Of a DNA stretch of 34,953 nt, positions 1 to 12,181 are shown piece after piece; position 1 is the first letter of the stretch; every line of letters starts with the position of its first letter. This DNA comes from Eledone cirrhosa (lineage: Eukaryota). Where the stretch lies: contig CAXHJY010001652.1 in NCBI GenBank assembly GCA_964016885.1, positions 1-34,953 of the forward strand. The letters run 5' to 3'. Both the position numbers and the translations under genes were made by a program. Under the pieces are notes generated by a model. It was not told the DNA's origin, searched no databases, and worked only from the letters and a program-made list of their open reading frames with translations.

Positions 1-46
1 GATGCGTCCATAGGCGGTATGCCGGTTGAGCACTCGTTTTCCATAT

Positions 47-93
<47 letters not shown>

Positions 94-95
<2 letters not shown>

Positions 96-232
96 CGAAG
101 GAAATGTGGTAGGGAACCAGGTGGACCATAACGCACCAAAGTACTCAATACTTGAGGTAGTAGAGTGGGTAATAGGAACCAGTAAGACCCCGACAGCTGA
201 GCTCAAGCCGTTTCGACGGCTAATTCTGGACT
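94..232 (-). mobile_element. Family A Penelope-like pLTR fragment carrying the 3' half of a hammerhead, abutting (TA)n
   Basis: Near-identical to 8043-8167, 12057-12182 and 15405-15545. The minus strand reads GAAACGGC-TTGAGCTCA-GCTGTC-GGGGTC (GAAA, stem III with palindromic loop, GUC site). No CUGANGA is present. Confidence 0.6.
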
Positions 233-286
233 AAAAAAAAAAAAAATTTTTATATATATATATATATATATACATATATATAGTAC

Positions 287-471
287 GTTATTCCGGGTTG
301 AATCGGAGGTAACCACAGTAAGTAAGGTACTCAATACATTGCAGAGTATAAAAGTTTTAATATAGATGAGATTCTACAGGACTAGAACTCTTTCATTCTT
401 TAGAAATCATCAGGAATCAGATTCCTGATGATTTCTAAAGAATGAAACAGTTCTAGTCCTGTAGAATCTCA

Positions 472-478
<7 letters not shown>
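287..478. mobile_element. Family C palindromic hammerhead cassette in (TA)n
   Basis: Inverted arms 361-418 and 420-477 centred on base 419. A second copy lies at 30671-30843. Confidence 0.75.
419..469 (+). ncRNA. Type I hammerhead ribozyme
   Basis: Stem I AGATTC/GAATCT; core CTGATGA at 425-431; stem II TTC-TAAA-GAA; GAAA at 444-447; stem III ACAG/CTGT; GUA triplet with predicted cut after 463. Confidence 0.8.
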
Positions 479-530
<52 letters not shown>

Positions 531-557
531 ATGTATACACATACACACACACACACG

Positions 558-600
<43 letters not shown>

Positions 601-624
601 TTGTGTGTGTGTATGTATACACAT

Positions 625-683
<59 letters not shown>

Positions 684-749
684 TGGATCTCCAAGGTATT
701 CGACGACGAGTACCCTAGTTGATTCATTCAACGGAACTGTTTGCTCCTG

Positions 750-866
750 AAAATAATTGTTTCTACTTTTGGCACAAGTCCAGCAATTACCCCCGGTATA
801 TTACTGGTACTTTATTTTATCGACCCCGTAAGGATGAAAGGCAGTTAACCTCGACTGGATTTGAAC
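750..866 (-). mobile_element. Nin-domain tRNA SINE, 5'-truncated
   Basis: Reverse complement of CCTTTCATCCTTACGGGGTCGATAAAATAAAGTACCAG plus the family tail. Confidence 0.85.
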
Positions 867-959
867 AGTGTTAAGGTTATTTTAGCGAGATATGACCAGG
901 TACAAATCCTTCTTTTTACCAACAGAGTGAACGGGAGCAAGGTGTAAAGTGACTTGCTC

Positions 960-963
<4 letters not shown>

Positions 964-1043
<80 letters not shown>

Positions 1044-1240
1044 TATTTACATACATACACACACATACATACACACACATATATACATATATATATGTAT
1101 ATTACTGAATTCTAGACACTTTTGCCTCAAGCGTGAAACATATGGTATTTATAGTATACACGAGTGTATATATGTATTTGTCTGTATATGTGCATACGCC
1201 TGAGTATATACATCTGTATATGTATGTATATAGGCATATG

Positions 1241-1337
<97 letters not shown>

Positions 1338-1426
1338 GTGTGCTTGTGTGTTGTATGTCTCTTAGTTTGCAGAGCCTGGCTGAATTGCCATATACAGGTA
1401 ATTGAACTTGTCATATTCGCTTGGTG

Positions 1427-1466
<40 letters not shown>

Positions 1467-1928
1467 ATGTGTGTGTATGTGTGCACATATATATATGTAT
1501 ATATATATGTGCACATATATATGTATATATATATATATATGTGTGTGTGTGTGCACATATATATATGTATATATATGTGTGCACATATATATGTGCACAT
1601 ATATATGTATATATATATGCACATATATATGTATATATATATATGCACATATATATATGTATATATACATGTACATATATATATACACACATATATATGT
1701 ATAATTTATATATATATACATATATATATACACATATATATGTATAATTTATATATATATATATATATATACATATATATACACGCACAGACACATATAT
1801 ATATATATATATATATATGTCGGTAACCAACAAACACAAATTTATATATATATACTCACTCACTATGTATATATATACATATATATACACACGCATATAT
1901 AATATATATATATAAACACACATATGTA
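964..1928. repeat. Compound (CA)n/(TA)n/(TG)n microsatellite region
   Basis: Dinucleotide tracts seen directly. Confidence 0.9.
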
Positions 1929-2183
1929 TTTTTACTATATAAGGAAATAATAAAATTTAATTCGAAGTACATATGTATTGCCGCTGGGTATATATATATA
2001 TAACTTTCGTTGAATGTAAAACATGAACTGTCCTTGTGTGTAGTGTGTTAATGTGTGTGTGTGTGTGTGTGAGCTGGGTGTGGGGGAGGGGCAGTATGTG
2101 TGTGAGGTGTTGGGGGCACGGGTGGGGGTGTTGGGTGTCAATGAGAATGTTTGAAGACATGTGGGTGCTTTCTACCATTGGGA

Positions 2184-2259
<76 letters not shown>

Positions 2260-2344
2260 ACACACAGAGACAGACACATATATATATATATACGCGAATG
2301 ATGAACTCACACACACAAATATATATGTATATATATATGTATGC

Positions 2345-2448
2345 AGAGAGAGAGGGAGGGAGAGAGAGAGAGGGGGGGATGGAGAGAGAGAGAGGGAGGG
2401 AGGGAGGGAGAGAGAGAGGGGAGAGAGAGAGGGGGAGGGAGGGAGAGA

Positions 2449-2509
<61 letters not shown>

Positions 2510-2690
2510 ACTGTTTAATGGAAATAAATGAAACTAGAAAGCCATAAACCATTTTTCTTCAAAGACAACAACAACAACAACAACAGTGACAACAATAAGA
2601 GTAATACCACCACCACCACCAACACTAACACCACCACCACCACCAACACTAACACCACCACCACCACCAACAACAACAACATCATCATCA
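2345..2690. repeat. (GA)n-rich tract followed by a (CAA/CAC)n tract
   Basis: Seen directly. Confidence 0.9.
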
Positions 2691-2918
2691 AATTAAACTA
2701 TATTGTTTAGGTGACATCTGATGTGAAATCGTCACTAAATAATCCAAGCAGATTTTGCCGCGTCTCCGCATGGGAAACATTCCTGGGATAAAAACCCCCT
2801 AAATAGGATCATTTTCTAGATAAAATGTCTTCCTCTTCCCAACGAGGGGTTGATAATTTTGCCGAAGCCTCAAGCTAATGTCGTGTGGCTGAGTAACAAT
2901 AGTGCTTTTGTTTTCCCT

Positions 2919-2964
<46 letters not shown>

Positions 2965-2965
<1 letters not shown>

Positions 2966-4083
2966 ACACCCTTCCAACGAAGGGCTTGGCATGCCGTGAC
3001 TATTGATGCGCAAACATGCGCTGAGGCTACGGCATCTTCAGGTATTCCTCACGGACCAACCGGTGTGGGCACCGTTTGTGAGAGAGGCTTTCCCACAGCT
3101 CGTCTCGCTGACGGAGCTGCAGTCCTGGGTCAAGAAAAGACCGAAAACGATGGGCCCCTGGCACATTGAATGCGCTCAGGCGCTCACAGTCCTCTGGCAA
3201 GCGGGCACAGCAATCAGTGGAGACTCCACTTCGACATTCTATAGAGTTACAAGGGCGAGACTCTGGGCGTCGACGACGATGAGCTCACTAGTCTGTTTGG
3301 TAGGACTTTCCGCTCGGGACTTATGGACAACTTCCAGAGGTCCCTGGCCTGGCAGTGCTACCGAGGAGCTCTACCGGTTCGTGACAAGATCTACAGGCAC
3401 GGACGCCCCGGTAGGGATCCTTCCAAGATGACGTGTCCAAGATGCGCGCAGGACATTGAAACAGTCCTGCACGCAATTATACGCTGCCCGGGCGTAAGCG
3501 ACCTGTGGAACTATGCAGAACAACTGCTGTCGCGTATTGGACAAATACAGTTGACTGCCGAGTCCATAGTAAGGATCAAACCGCCAGCCTCTTTCAAAAA
3601 CGAAAGAGAGGCGGTTTTCCTCTGTACGGTGGCTATGGTGAAAGAAGTTATATGGTGGACGAGGTTGAGAGGACTGAGGACAGATGCCTTTCTCTCCGGA
3701 CAACAATTGATTCCCTTCTTTAAGTATCACTTTAGAAGGAGAATCAGAGTGGAGAGAGAGGAACTGCACCCCAGTAAATTTACTGAAAGGTGGGTGAATG
3801 AAGCGAAAATGGCCCGAGTGATTGGGCCTTCTCTGTTTATAAGCCTGTAGGTTGAGGAAGAGAGCAAAAGGAAGGAAGGAGCACTTGCACAACACGCTCC
3901 TGGAGTTGAGGGTTGTTCTATCGACGGGGTATTAAACAACCAATTTGTGGCGCTTCCCCCCTATTGGGGATTTCGATTGTTGTAATTGTATGTTTTTATA
4001 TTTTTACACGACTGTATGTAAAATCCCTGGCATGTCTTTGTTTTGTCCCCTTTTCTTGTGCGCCCTTGTGGCAAATAAAGAAA
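2965..4083 (+). mobile_element. 5'-truncated L1/Tx1-clade LINE: post-RT region, zf-RVT zinc knuckle and 3' UTR; inactive
   Basis: Frame HPSNEGLGMP*LLMRKHAL has the GLG motif that follows RT, with a stop at 2997-2999. Frameshift near 3250. Then LAWQCYRGALPVRDK...CPRCAQDIETVLHAIIRC (CCHC) to the stop at 3850. AATAAA at 4074-4079. Preceded by (TATC)n. Confidence 0.85.
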
Positions 4084-4458
4084 TATATCTATTTCTGCAC
4101 TCCTCAATTGTTGTTCGTTTGAAAATGGCAACTTAATGCAGAAATATCAACTGTATTATAGAAGAGTGGTATAAAATCTGACGTGCACTATATGCTACCT
4201 TGTTTCACACACACCTATAAACATTAAGAAGAACAAAACGAGGCTTCCCAATGGAGGTTTTTATTGTTCTTAATGTATACACTCTACTATGGCATAGAAT
4301 ACTAATATTGGTACCTTCCTCAGTAAACCATAAATCTACCGAATCACTTATATATATATATATATATATATGTGTATGTGTGTATACGTATATATGTACG
4401 CATATATATATGTATGTATACACATATATGCACGTATATATATATATATATATATTTT

Positions 4459-4814
<356 letters not shown>

Positions 4815-4853
4815 TGTAGCCAGTTCCCTATTATGTTAACACACCATCAACCA

Positions 4854-4868
4854 CCGACAGGGGGCGCC
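4854..4868 (+). promoter_or_regulatory. CTCF-like motif
   Basis: CCGACAGGGGGCGCC resembles the CTCF consensus. Motif match only. Confidence 0.3.
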
Positions 4869-5061
4869 ACCGAGCAATAAGCAATAAGATTTAAACAGCT
4901 GCAGCAGTGTTGTTGTTGTTGTTGTTGCTGGTGTTGTACGTCTTGGATAGCCGGGAGCTATTGAAGAAGTTATTGTTGTGTCGAGTTGCAACTGTATTGT
5001 AACAGATTGTTGGAGAATGCTGGGTCAGCGGTTTTGTTGGAATGGTGGGGGTGGGATGGCG

Positions 5062-5425
5062 GACGGTGGTGGTGGTGGTGTGAGGGGGTACGTGGTGGTG
5101 TTAGGGGTGACGGTGGTGGTGGTGGTGGTGTGAGGGGTGACGGTGGTGGTGGTGGTGTGAGGAGTGACGGTGGTGGTGGTGGTGGTGTGAGGGACGACGG
5201 TGGTGGTGGTGGTGTGAGGGGGGACTTGGTGGTGGTGGTGTGAGGGGTGACGGTGGTGGTGGTGTGAGGGGTGACGGTGGTGGTGGTGGTGTGAGGGGTG
5301 ACGGTGGTGGTGGTGGTGTGAGGGGTGACGGTGGTGGTGGTGGTGTGAGGGGTGACGGTGGTGGTGGTGGTGTGAGGGGTGACGGTGGTGGTGGGAGTGG
5401 TGTGAGGGGTGACGGCGGTGTTGGT
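5062..5425. repeat. G-rich minisatellite GTGAGGGGTGAC(GGT)n
   Basis: About 13 units of roughly 21-30 bp. Confidence 0.9.
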
Positions 5426-5539
5426 GATGGGGGCTGGATGGTGGTAGTGTTATTGGTCTTGGTGATGTTCGTGGTGCTGGTAATTTTTATTGTTGTTCGT
5501 AGAGAAGAAAAAGAAGAGAAAGAAGAAAAAAGAAGAATT

Positions 5540-5740
5540 TGAAGAGCGTCGGACAACATACTTTGCAGCATAGAGTTACGGCCCCTTAGGCTCTGAGTTA
5601 GCTTTACCTTTCATCGTTACAGGGTCAATAAAATAAAGTACCAGTAATGTATTGGTGTCGATTTAATCGACTTTCCCCTTCCCCCTCGTAAATTGCTGGC
5701 CTTGTTCCTAAATCAGAAGCCATTATTATTATTATTATTA
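5540..5740 (+). mobile_element. Nin-domain SINE (long-tail subtype), internally deleted
   Basis: CTTTCATCGTTACAGGGTCAATAAAATAAAGTACCAG...TTGCTGGCCTTG followed by a (TTA)n tail. Confidence 0.8.
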
Positions 5741-5896
5741 TCCAGTCGAATGGTGAGCCCCGTGTGAAGGCGATGACATTTCCCCTCTCCGCCTCCGCCA
5801 CTACAGTTTTCTCCCACTTTAGACATAAACCTTCAATTTCCCTTCAAGTAAAAGTCATTACCACCGTCTTTTTTTTTTATTCAGGGAGAGAAACGT

Positions 5897-5977
5897 CAGC
5901 GCCATCTGTTGACGTAAGGTAGCAACAAAAACAAAACACTATCTAATAAACAAACGGGTGAAATAGGCGCCATTTTG
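5897..5977 (-). promoter_or_regulatory. CTCF-like and YY1-like motifs in a unique-sequence island
   Basis: Minus strand CAACAGATGGCGCTG (5897-5911) and CAAAATGGCGCC (5966-5977). Confidence 0.3.
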
Positions 5978-6034
5978 TCTGTTTGGTTGGGTTTATTTTT
6001 ACACAAATACACACATATTTCACCTAGAAATTTG

Positions 6035-6970
6035 GTGGTGGGTTGGCAGAATCGGTAGAGCTTAGGTATTTCTTCCTCCGGCTCTTCGGCTTTTTACGTT
6101 CTGGATTCAAATCCTCCCCGCCGCTGTGTCAATGTCAACTTTGTCCTTCACAGTTCAATGTCAACTTTGCCCTTCAGTATAGTCCAATGTCAACTGTGCC
6201 CTTCATAGACCAATGTCAACATTGTCCTTCACAGTCTAATGTCAACTTTGTCCTTCAGTACAGTAAAATGTCAACTTTGCCTTTCACTACAGTCCAATGT
6301 CAACTTTGTCCTTCAACACAGTTCAATGTCAACTTTGTCCTTCACAGTCCAATGTCAACTTTGTCCTTCACAGTCCAATGTCAACTTTGTTCTTCAGTAC
6401 AGTCCAATGTCAACTTTGTCCTTCACAGTCCAATGTCAACTTTGTCCTTTAGTACAGTCCAATGTCAACTTTGTCCTTCACAGTCCAATGTCAACTTTTT
6501 CCTTCACAGCCCAATGTCAACTTCGTCCTTCAGTACAGTCCAATGTCAACTTTGTCTTTCACTGTCCAATGTCAACTTTGTCCTTCAGTACAGCCCAATG
6601 TCAACTTTGTCCTTCACAGTCCAATGTCAACTTTGTCCTTCAGTACAGCCCAATGTTAACTTTGTCCTTCACAGTCCAATGTCAACTTTGTCCTTCAGTA
6701 CAGTCTAATGTCAACTTTGTCTTTCACAGTCCAATGTCAACTTTGTCCTTCACAGTCCAATGTCAACTTTGTCCTTCAGTACAGTCTAATGTCAACTTTG
6801 TCTTTCACAGTCCAATGTCAACTTTGTCCTTCAGTACAGTCTAATGTCAACTTTGCCCTTCAGTACAGTTCAATCTGTCGATTCGATGTAATTGATTTCC
6901 CTTCCCCTACCACCCACCACCCCTAAATTTGGATCAGTTACTAATATCCCAGTGACCAATAAAATATTTA
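6035..6970 (+). mobile_element. Diverged Nin-type SINE whose centre is expanded into a satellite
   Basis: A box TGGCAGAATCGG at about 6044, B box GGATTCAAATCC at 6103-6114, and SINE-tail-like sequence after 6870. Confidence 0.6.
6129..6873. repeat. 26/31-bp tandem array CAGTCCAATGTCAACTTTGTCCTTCA(GTACA)
   Basis: About 26 units seen directly. Confidence 0.95.
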
Positions 6971-7177
6971 TTGTTGTTGTTTTTGTTGATATGATGGTGG
7001 TGGTATTGTTGTTGTTATTGGTGTTGCAAGTGTTGTTGATGATGTTGTTGATGCTGTTGTTGTTGACGTTGTTGACGGTGTTGTTGCAGTGTTGCAAGTG
7101 TTGTTATTGGTGGTGGTGTATTTTTTATTGGCGTTTTTGTCGGTGGTGTTAGTGTTGTTGTTGTAGATGTTATTGTT

Positions 7178-7674
7178 GGGGGAGAGGAGGGGAAAGAGAG
7201 GACAAGTAGAGAAAGGAGACGAGAGAGAAGGGGGGAAGGGAGGGAGAAGGGGAGGGACGGAGTATCAGAGACAAGAAAGAGAGAGAGGGGGTAGACAGAA
7301 GAGAGGGAGAGAGAGAGAGAGGGAGAGAGAGGAGAGAGAGAGATAAGAGAGGGGGAGAGAGAGAAGAGGAGGGAGAGAGAGAAGAGCGGGGGGGAGATGG
7401 AGAAGAGAGGAGAGAGAGAGAAGAGAGGAGGGAGAGAGAGAAGAGGGGGAGACGGAGAAGAGAGAGAGGGGGAGAGAAGAAGAGAGGGAGAGAGAGAAGC
7501 GAGAGAGGGGGTAGAGAGAAGCGAGAGAGGGGGTAGAGAGAGAGAGGGTAGAGAGAGAGAGGGTAGAGAGAGAGAGAGGGTAGAGAGAGAGAGAAGCGAG
7601 AGAGAGGGGGTAGAGATGGAGAGAAACAAAGAAAGTAAGAGGGAGAGCAACGAGAGAAACAAGAGGGAGAAGAT

Positions 7675-7756
<82 letters not shown>

Positions 7757-7762
7757 AGAGAG
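7178..7762. repeat. Polypurine (GA)-rich tract
   Basis: Seen directly. Confidence 0.9.
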
Positions 7763-7975
7763 TGGGAGGCGGAGTAGATAGTAAGCGGTGGTGGCGGTGT
7801 TTGTTATTAATGTTGCCTTGATCCGTAAAATTCCTGTCACGCTGCAGTTTTTCCAGGAATTTACACAGGTTTATGGTGTTAATGTCTCGAACGAATGGTT
7901 TTACAGAACAACGACAGCAGCAGCAGCAACGGCAGCAGTTATAACAGCAACAACAACAACGTCGAAGACAATATA

Positions 7976-8042
<67 letters not shown>

Positions 8043-8046
<4 letters not shown>

Positions 8047-8167
8047 AAGGAATTGTGGTAAGGAACCAGATGGACCATAACGCACCAGAGTACTCAATAC
8101 TTAGGGTAGTAGAGTGGGTAATAGGAAAAAGTATGACCCCGACGGCAGAGCTCAAGCCATTTCGACG
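8043..8167 (-). mobile_element. Family A pLTR fragment
   Basis: Homologous to 94-232 and abuts (TA)n. Confidence 0.6.
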
Positions 8168-8329
8168 ATGTCACGTGATTGATTCTTTTGAATTTGCCAC
8201 CGACCAAGTAGGCAGTGATTTTTTCAATGTCTTGGAATTTAGTCCACGCTTGCTTTTTTCCATCCACTAAATTATTTTTGTATAAGTTCCCTGTGTCCAC
8301 GCATCGCCTGGGAACTTAGCTGAGAATTG

Positions 8330-8412
8330 ACTTCCTGATGACGAAAGGCATTCTCCATGTGTTCCATTCGGAAACCATGTTTATTCCCTTTCAGAAACTA
8401 ATTAGTTGGAGT
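8330..8412 (+). ncRNA. Type I hammerhead ribozyme with extended stem II
   Basis: Stem I ACTTC/GGAGT; CTGATGA at 8335-8341; stem II GAAAGG..CATG..TTCC-ATTC-GGAA..CATG..CCTTTC; GAAA at 8394-8397; palindromic stem III ACTAATTAGT; GUU with predicted cut after 8407. Confidence 0.75.
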
Positions 8413-8575
8413 GAAATTTTAGTAAGTTAATTTTTATAATTTTCTTATATATAATTCTTTCATATAATTGTTCTGCATCCCCTTGCATTGAACCACAAAG
8501 TTACCAAGACAAAAACCTATATATTTGCTAGCATAGGTATACATCTGTATATATATGTTGGTAGATATACTAATT

Positions 8576-8648
<73 letters not shown>

Positions 8649-8809
8649 CATACATACATATACATGTGGTCAAATAACTGAAACACTCGTCGTCGGAACC
8701 GACGGAGGTCCAACATAAGTCCACACACACGCACAAGTCCACACAAATGCGTCCCCCCACACACACACACATCCACAAAAACAAAACGTCTATCCCCACA
8801 CACGTCTCT

Positions 8810-9578
8810 CCCTACACGTCCACTTACTAACTCACACACACACGTCCACTCACTAACTCGCACACACACACGTCCACTCACTAACTCTCACACACACACA
8901 CACCTCCACTCACTAACTCACCAACACACGTCCACTCACTAACTCACACACACGTCCACTCACTAACTCACACACACACACACGTCCACTCACTAACTCA
9001 CACACACACACACGTCCACTTACTAACCCACACACACACACACACGTCCACTCACTAACTCTCTCACACACACACGTCCACTCACTAACTCACACACACA
9101 CACGTCCACTCACTAACTCACACACACATACACGTCCACTCACTAACTCACACACACATACACGTCCACTCACTAACACACACACACACGTCCACTAACT
9201 CTCACACACACACACGTCCACACACACACACGTCCACTTACTAACTCACACACACACACACGTCCACTCACTAACTCACACACACACACGTCCACTCACT
9301 AACTCTCTCACACACACACGTCCACTCACTAACTCACACACACACACACGTCCACTCACTAACTCATACACACATACACGTCCACTCACTAACTCACACA
9401 CACACACACGTCCACTCACTAACTCATACACACACACACACACACTCGTCCACACACACACACACGTCCACTCACTAACTCATACACACACACTCGTCCA
9501 TACACACACACACGTTCACTCACTAACTCACACACACACACGTTCACTCACTAACTCACACACACACACGTCCACACG
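8810..9578. repeat. Minisatellite CACGTCCACTCACTAACT(CA)n
   Basis: More than 20 units with a variable CA spacer. Confidence 0.95.
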
Positions 9579-9903
9579 TGGTCATAATACTTCTGCGTCT
9601 TAGATATTATTGAAGTAATGTTGAAAGTGTAGAAGAGGGAAACGTCTGTAACGCCTGTAATAACAGTGAGGACACTGGTAACAAATAACATGAATTAGAC
9701 ACCCCTTAGAGAAAATGGCATTGGACCTCTTGAAATATTAACTTCAACTATTGCAGCGACTGCAGAAGCAAGTGCCACTAATTTGTTTATATATATATAT
9801 ATATAAACATACATCTACCCACACCCACTAATATATACATATATATATATACACACACTAATAAATATGTATATATATATATATACACACATACACATGC
9901 ATA

Positions 9904-9945
<42 letters not shown>

Positions 9946-10077
9946 CATACACATGATGCATATACACACTCTCAAATAAGGATGTATGAACACTTATTGC
10001 GCAACACTTTTTGTGTTAATTGCGTATGTTGTATATTTTTCCAATGTTGTAAACAAACCACAAACCCTCCATCTCAA

Positions 10078-10122
10078 TTCTACTTTTGAAAAGCATAAGA
10101 ACTGTGAAACTGGTAAAGGGAA
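10078..10122 (+). ncRNA. Hammerhead motif, U3-A8 core variant
   Basis: Stem I TTCT(A)CTT/AAGGGAA; core TTGAAAA at 10086-10092; stem II GCA/TGT; GAAA at 10106-10109; stem III ACTGGT; GUA. Confidence 0.55.
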
Positions 10123-10259
10123 CAAATGAATATTCTTAAAAAGACTTCAGTTGCATTTTCGATTTCATCTTTTTTCCTTATACTTTCACTCGTGTAGGAC
10201 ATCTCGTTTTTTTTTTCATTTTGGAAAAAAAAACCCTCATTTTCTTATATATATATATA

Positions 10260-10360
10260 GTAATAATAATAAATTTGAAGACTAAAATCCAATGAGGGCT
10301 CGATAAGGATAAATATATATCAAATATATAAGAACCGTAGAGCAATCTGTTATTTTAATA
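10260..10360. mobile_element. Family B unclassified repeat in (TA)n
   Basis: Near-identical to 27619-27783 but lacks about 60 bp internally. Confidence 0.7.
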
Positions 10361-10565
10361 AATAAATATATATATATACGATATATTAACAAATGGAAAC
10401 TATATTTATAAAACCATATTTATTTCATTATACATATTTCAAGGACACCAAGTTAAATTATGGTGTGCTTTCATAAGATAAAATATAATATAGAGCAGTT
10501 TTATGAATAAATATTGACATACTCTTAAATAATGCGACCATTACTGTTGGAAGCTCCCGGATAGT

Positions 10566-10598
<33 letters not shown>

Positions 10599-10604
<6 letters not shown>

Positions 10605-10994
10605 GATCGAGTATCGAAAAATCGGCGCACGAGTTCACGATAAACGAAATTCGATATGAGCGGCAGAGGGCTCAATAATTCAGATGAATCAGAGCTATAA
10701 CTATCGTTAAAATACCGTCACATATAGAACAAGTCTACAATCAACCATACGATTTAAAATCGATAAAGGAAGATTCGGGCCAAACAGATAAAAAATATCA
10801 ATAAAACAATACAAAAGGAATTCTAACTTCGTCTGATTTAGTCGTTTTATTTACAATCCTTTAAAATTTATAATGGTATTAGAATGAAATAGTATGGTAG
10901 AATATTAAATGTTAAGTGTTAATTGAACAAGTACTTTCATGCTTTCGCAATCTTCGGGTTCATATTCTGTGGTGACAGTCAAGTTTGTAATTTT

Positions 10995-10998
<4 letters not shown>
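10599..10998 (-). mobile_element. Family D solo pLTR-like cassette of about 400 bp, flanked by (TA)n on both sides
   Basis: 10817-10998 is the reverse complement of 18178-18359 and contains a hammerhead at 10924-10962 with core CCGAAGA. 10608-10797 is homologous to 14825-15013 and 31318-31511. Confidence 0.7.
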
Positions 10999-11047
<49 letters not shown>

Positions 11048-11221
11048 TATATATTGTTATACTTGGGGAGGGTCATATTGCCAGAAATATTAACAGAACA
11101 CACTCACTGTTTGGTTGGTTTTCGCTTCTGTATCTTTTATATCTCCACAGTTAATTCATTTGGTCCTCAATGTTTATCATTGACTGACCAACGGTCAAAA
11201 ATACAGATATAAATATATAAA

Positions 11222-11280
<59 letters not shown>

Positions 11281-11282
<2 letters not shown>

Positions 11283-11394
11283 CAAAGAAAGTGGTAAGGA
11301 ACCAGGTGGACCATAACGCACCAGAGTACTCGATACTCGGATCTAGCTGTTGAAACGGCCAGAGCTCAGCCGTCGGGGTCCTGACTCTTTTCCT
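11281..11394. mobile_element. Family A fragment with internal inversion
   Basis: 11281-11337 is in one orientation. 11338-11394 (GAAACGGCCAGAGCTCAGCCGTCGGGGTC) is in the opposite one. Confidence 0.6.
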
Positions 11395-11597
11395 ATATAT
11401 ATATATATATATATATTTAATACATTAACAGAGAAAGCCTTAAGCGATACTCTGACCAACTCCATCTCACTCAACAGACATTAGGATATACCTAAGTATT
11501 CTCCCAATTAGTGTTTGGGGTGCTAACTAATCAGTATTTCGTGGATAGCTGGTTGTATTATTTTATAGGAGACATAATTATATATATATATATATAT

Positions 11598-11755
11598 CTA
11601 AGGCGGGTAAAATTCCCGAGATCCATGGACGAGTTCTCTCCAGCGGTCTCTGTCCCTCATTATCGCTGCCATGTCCTGCGTCTCCAACAGACCAGTGTCT
11701 GTCCTTAGGGCATCAACATACGTTAACCTTGGTCTTCCTCTTCTAGTGTGTCCAT
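11598..11755 (-). mobile_element. RTE-clade LINE 3' end
   Basis: Reverse complement of 30265-30422; encodes RRGRPRLTYVD...DRDRWR. Confidence 0.85.
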
Positions 11756-11944
11756 TAAACTACATCCAGTGGCAAGGCTCCAGTTCGGGAGTTCAGGAGT
11801 TGTGGAGTTACCCCTTAGTTGTCATGACTCCCAGGTCTGCCCTGGCCCGGGGTGGTAGTACCTGTTAGGGCTCCATTTATGGGTTAAATAACTACCTTAT
11901 TCGAGTGGCGCCGGTAAGGTATTGTCAGCCATTGAAAAGAAAAG

Positions 11945-11988
<44 letters not shown>

Positions 11989-11991
<3 letters not shown>

Positions 11992-12181
11992 AGTAAGTAA
12001 GACCCCGACGGCTGAGCTCAAGCCGTTTCGACGGCTAATTCTGTACGGCTAATTCTGCCGTCGAAACGGCTTGAGCTCAGCCGTCGGGGTCTTACTTACT
12101 CCTATTACCCTCTCTACTACCCTAAGTATTGAGTACTTTGGTGCGTTATGGTCCACCTGGTTCCTTACCACGTTTCCCTCG

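Noticed and set aside
4290-4330. Minus-strand CTGAGGA plus hairpin as a hammerhead
   Set aside because: No GAAA or stem III follows; at most a remnant.
6043-6926. Cys/Gln-rich repeat protein ORFs
   Set aside because: Open in several frames, produced by a 26/31-bp DNA repeat inside a SINE.
8810-9578. CRISPR-like repeat/spacer pattern
   Set aside because: The spacers are only (CA)n, the context is eukaryotic, and there are no cas genes.
9590-9785. Possible host exon
   Set aside because: Short open frames with no recognisable domain or convincing splice sites.
11756-11925. Probable interspersed repeat next to the RTE fragment
   Set aside because: Single copy in the window; cannot be classified without a search.
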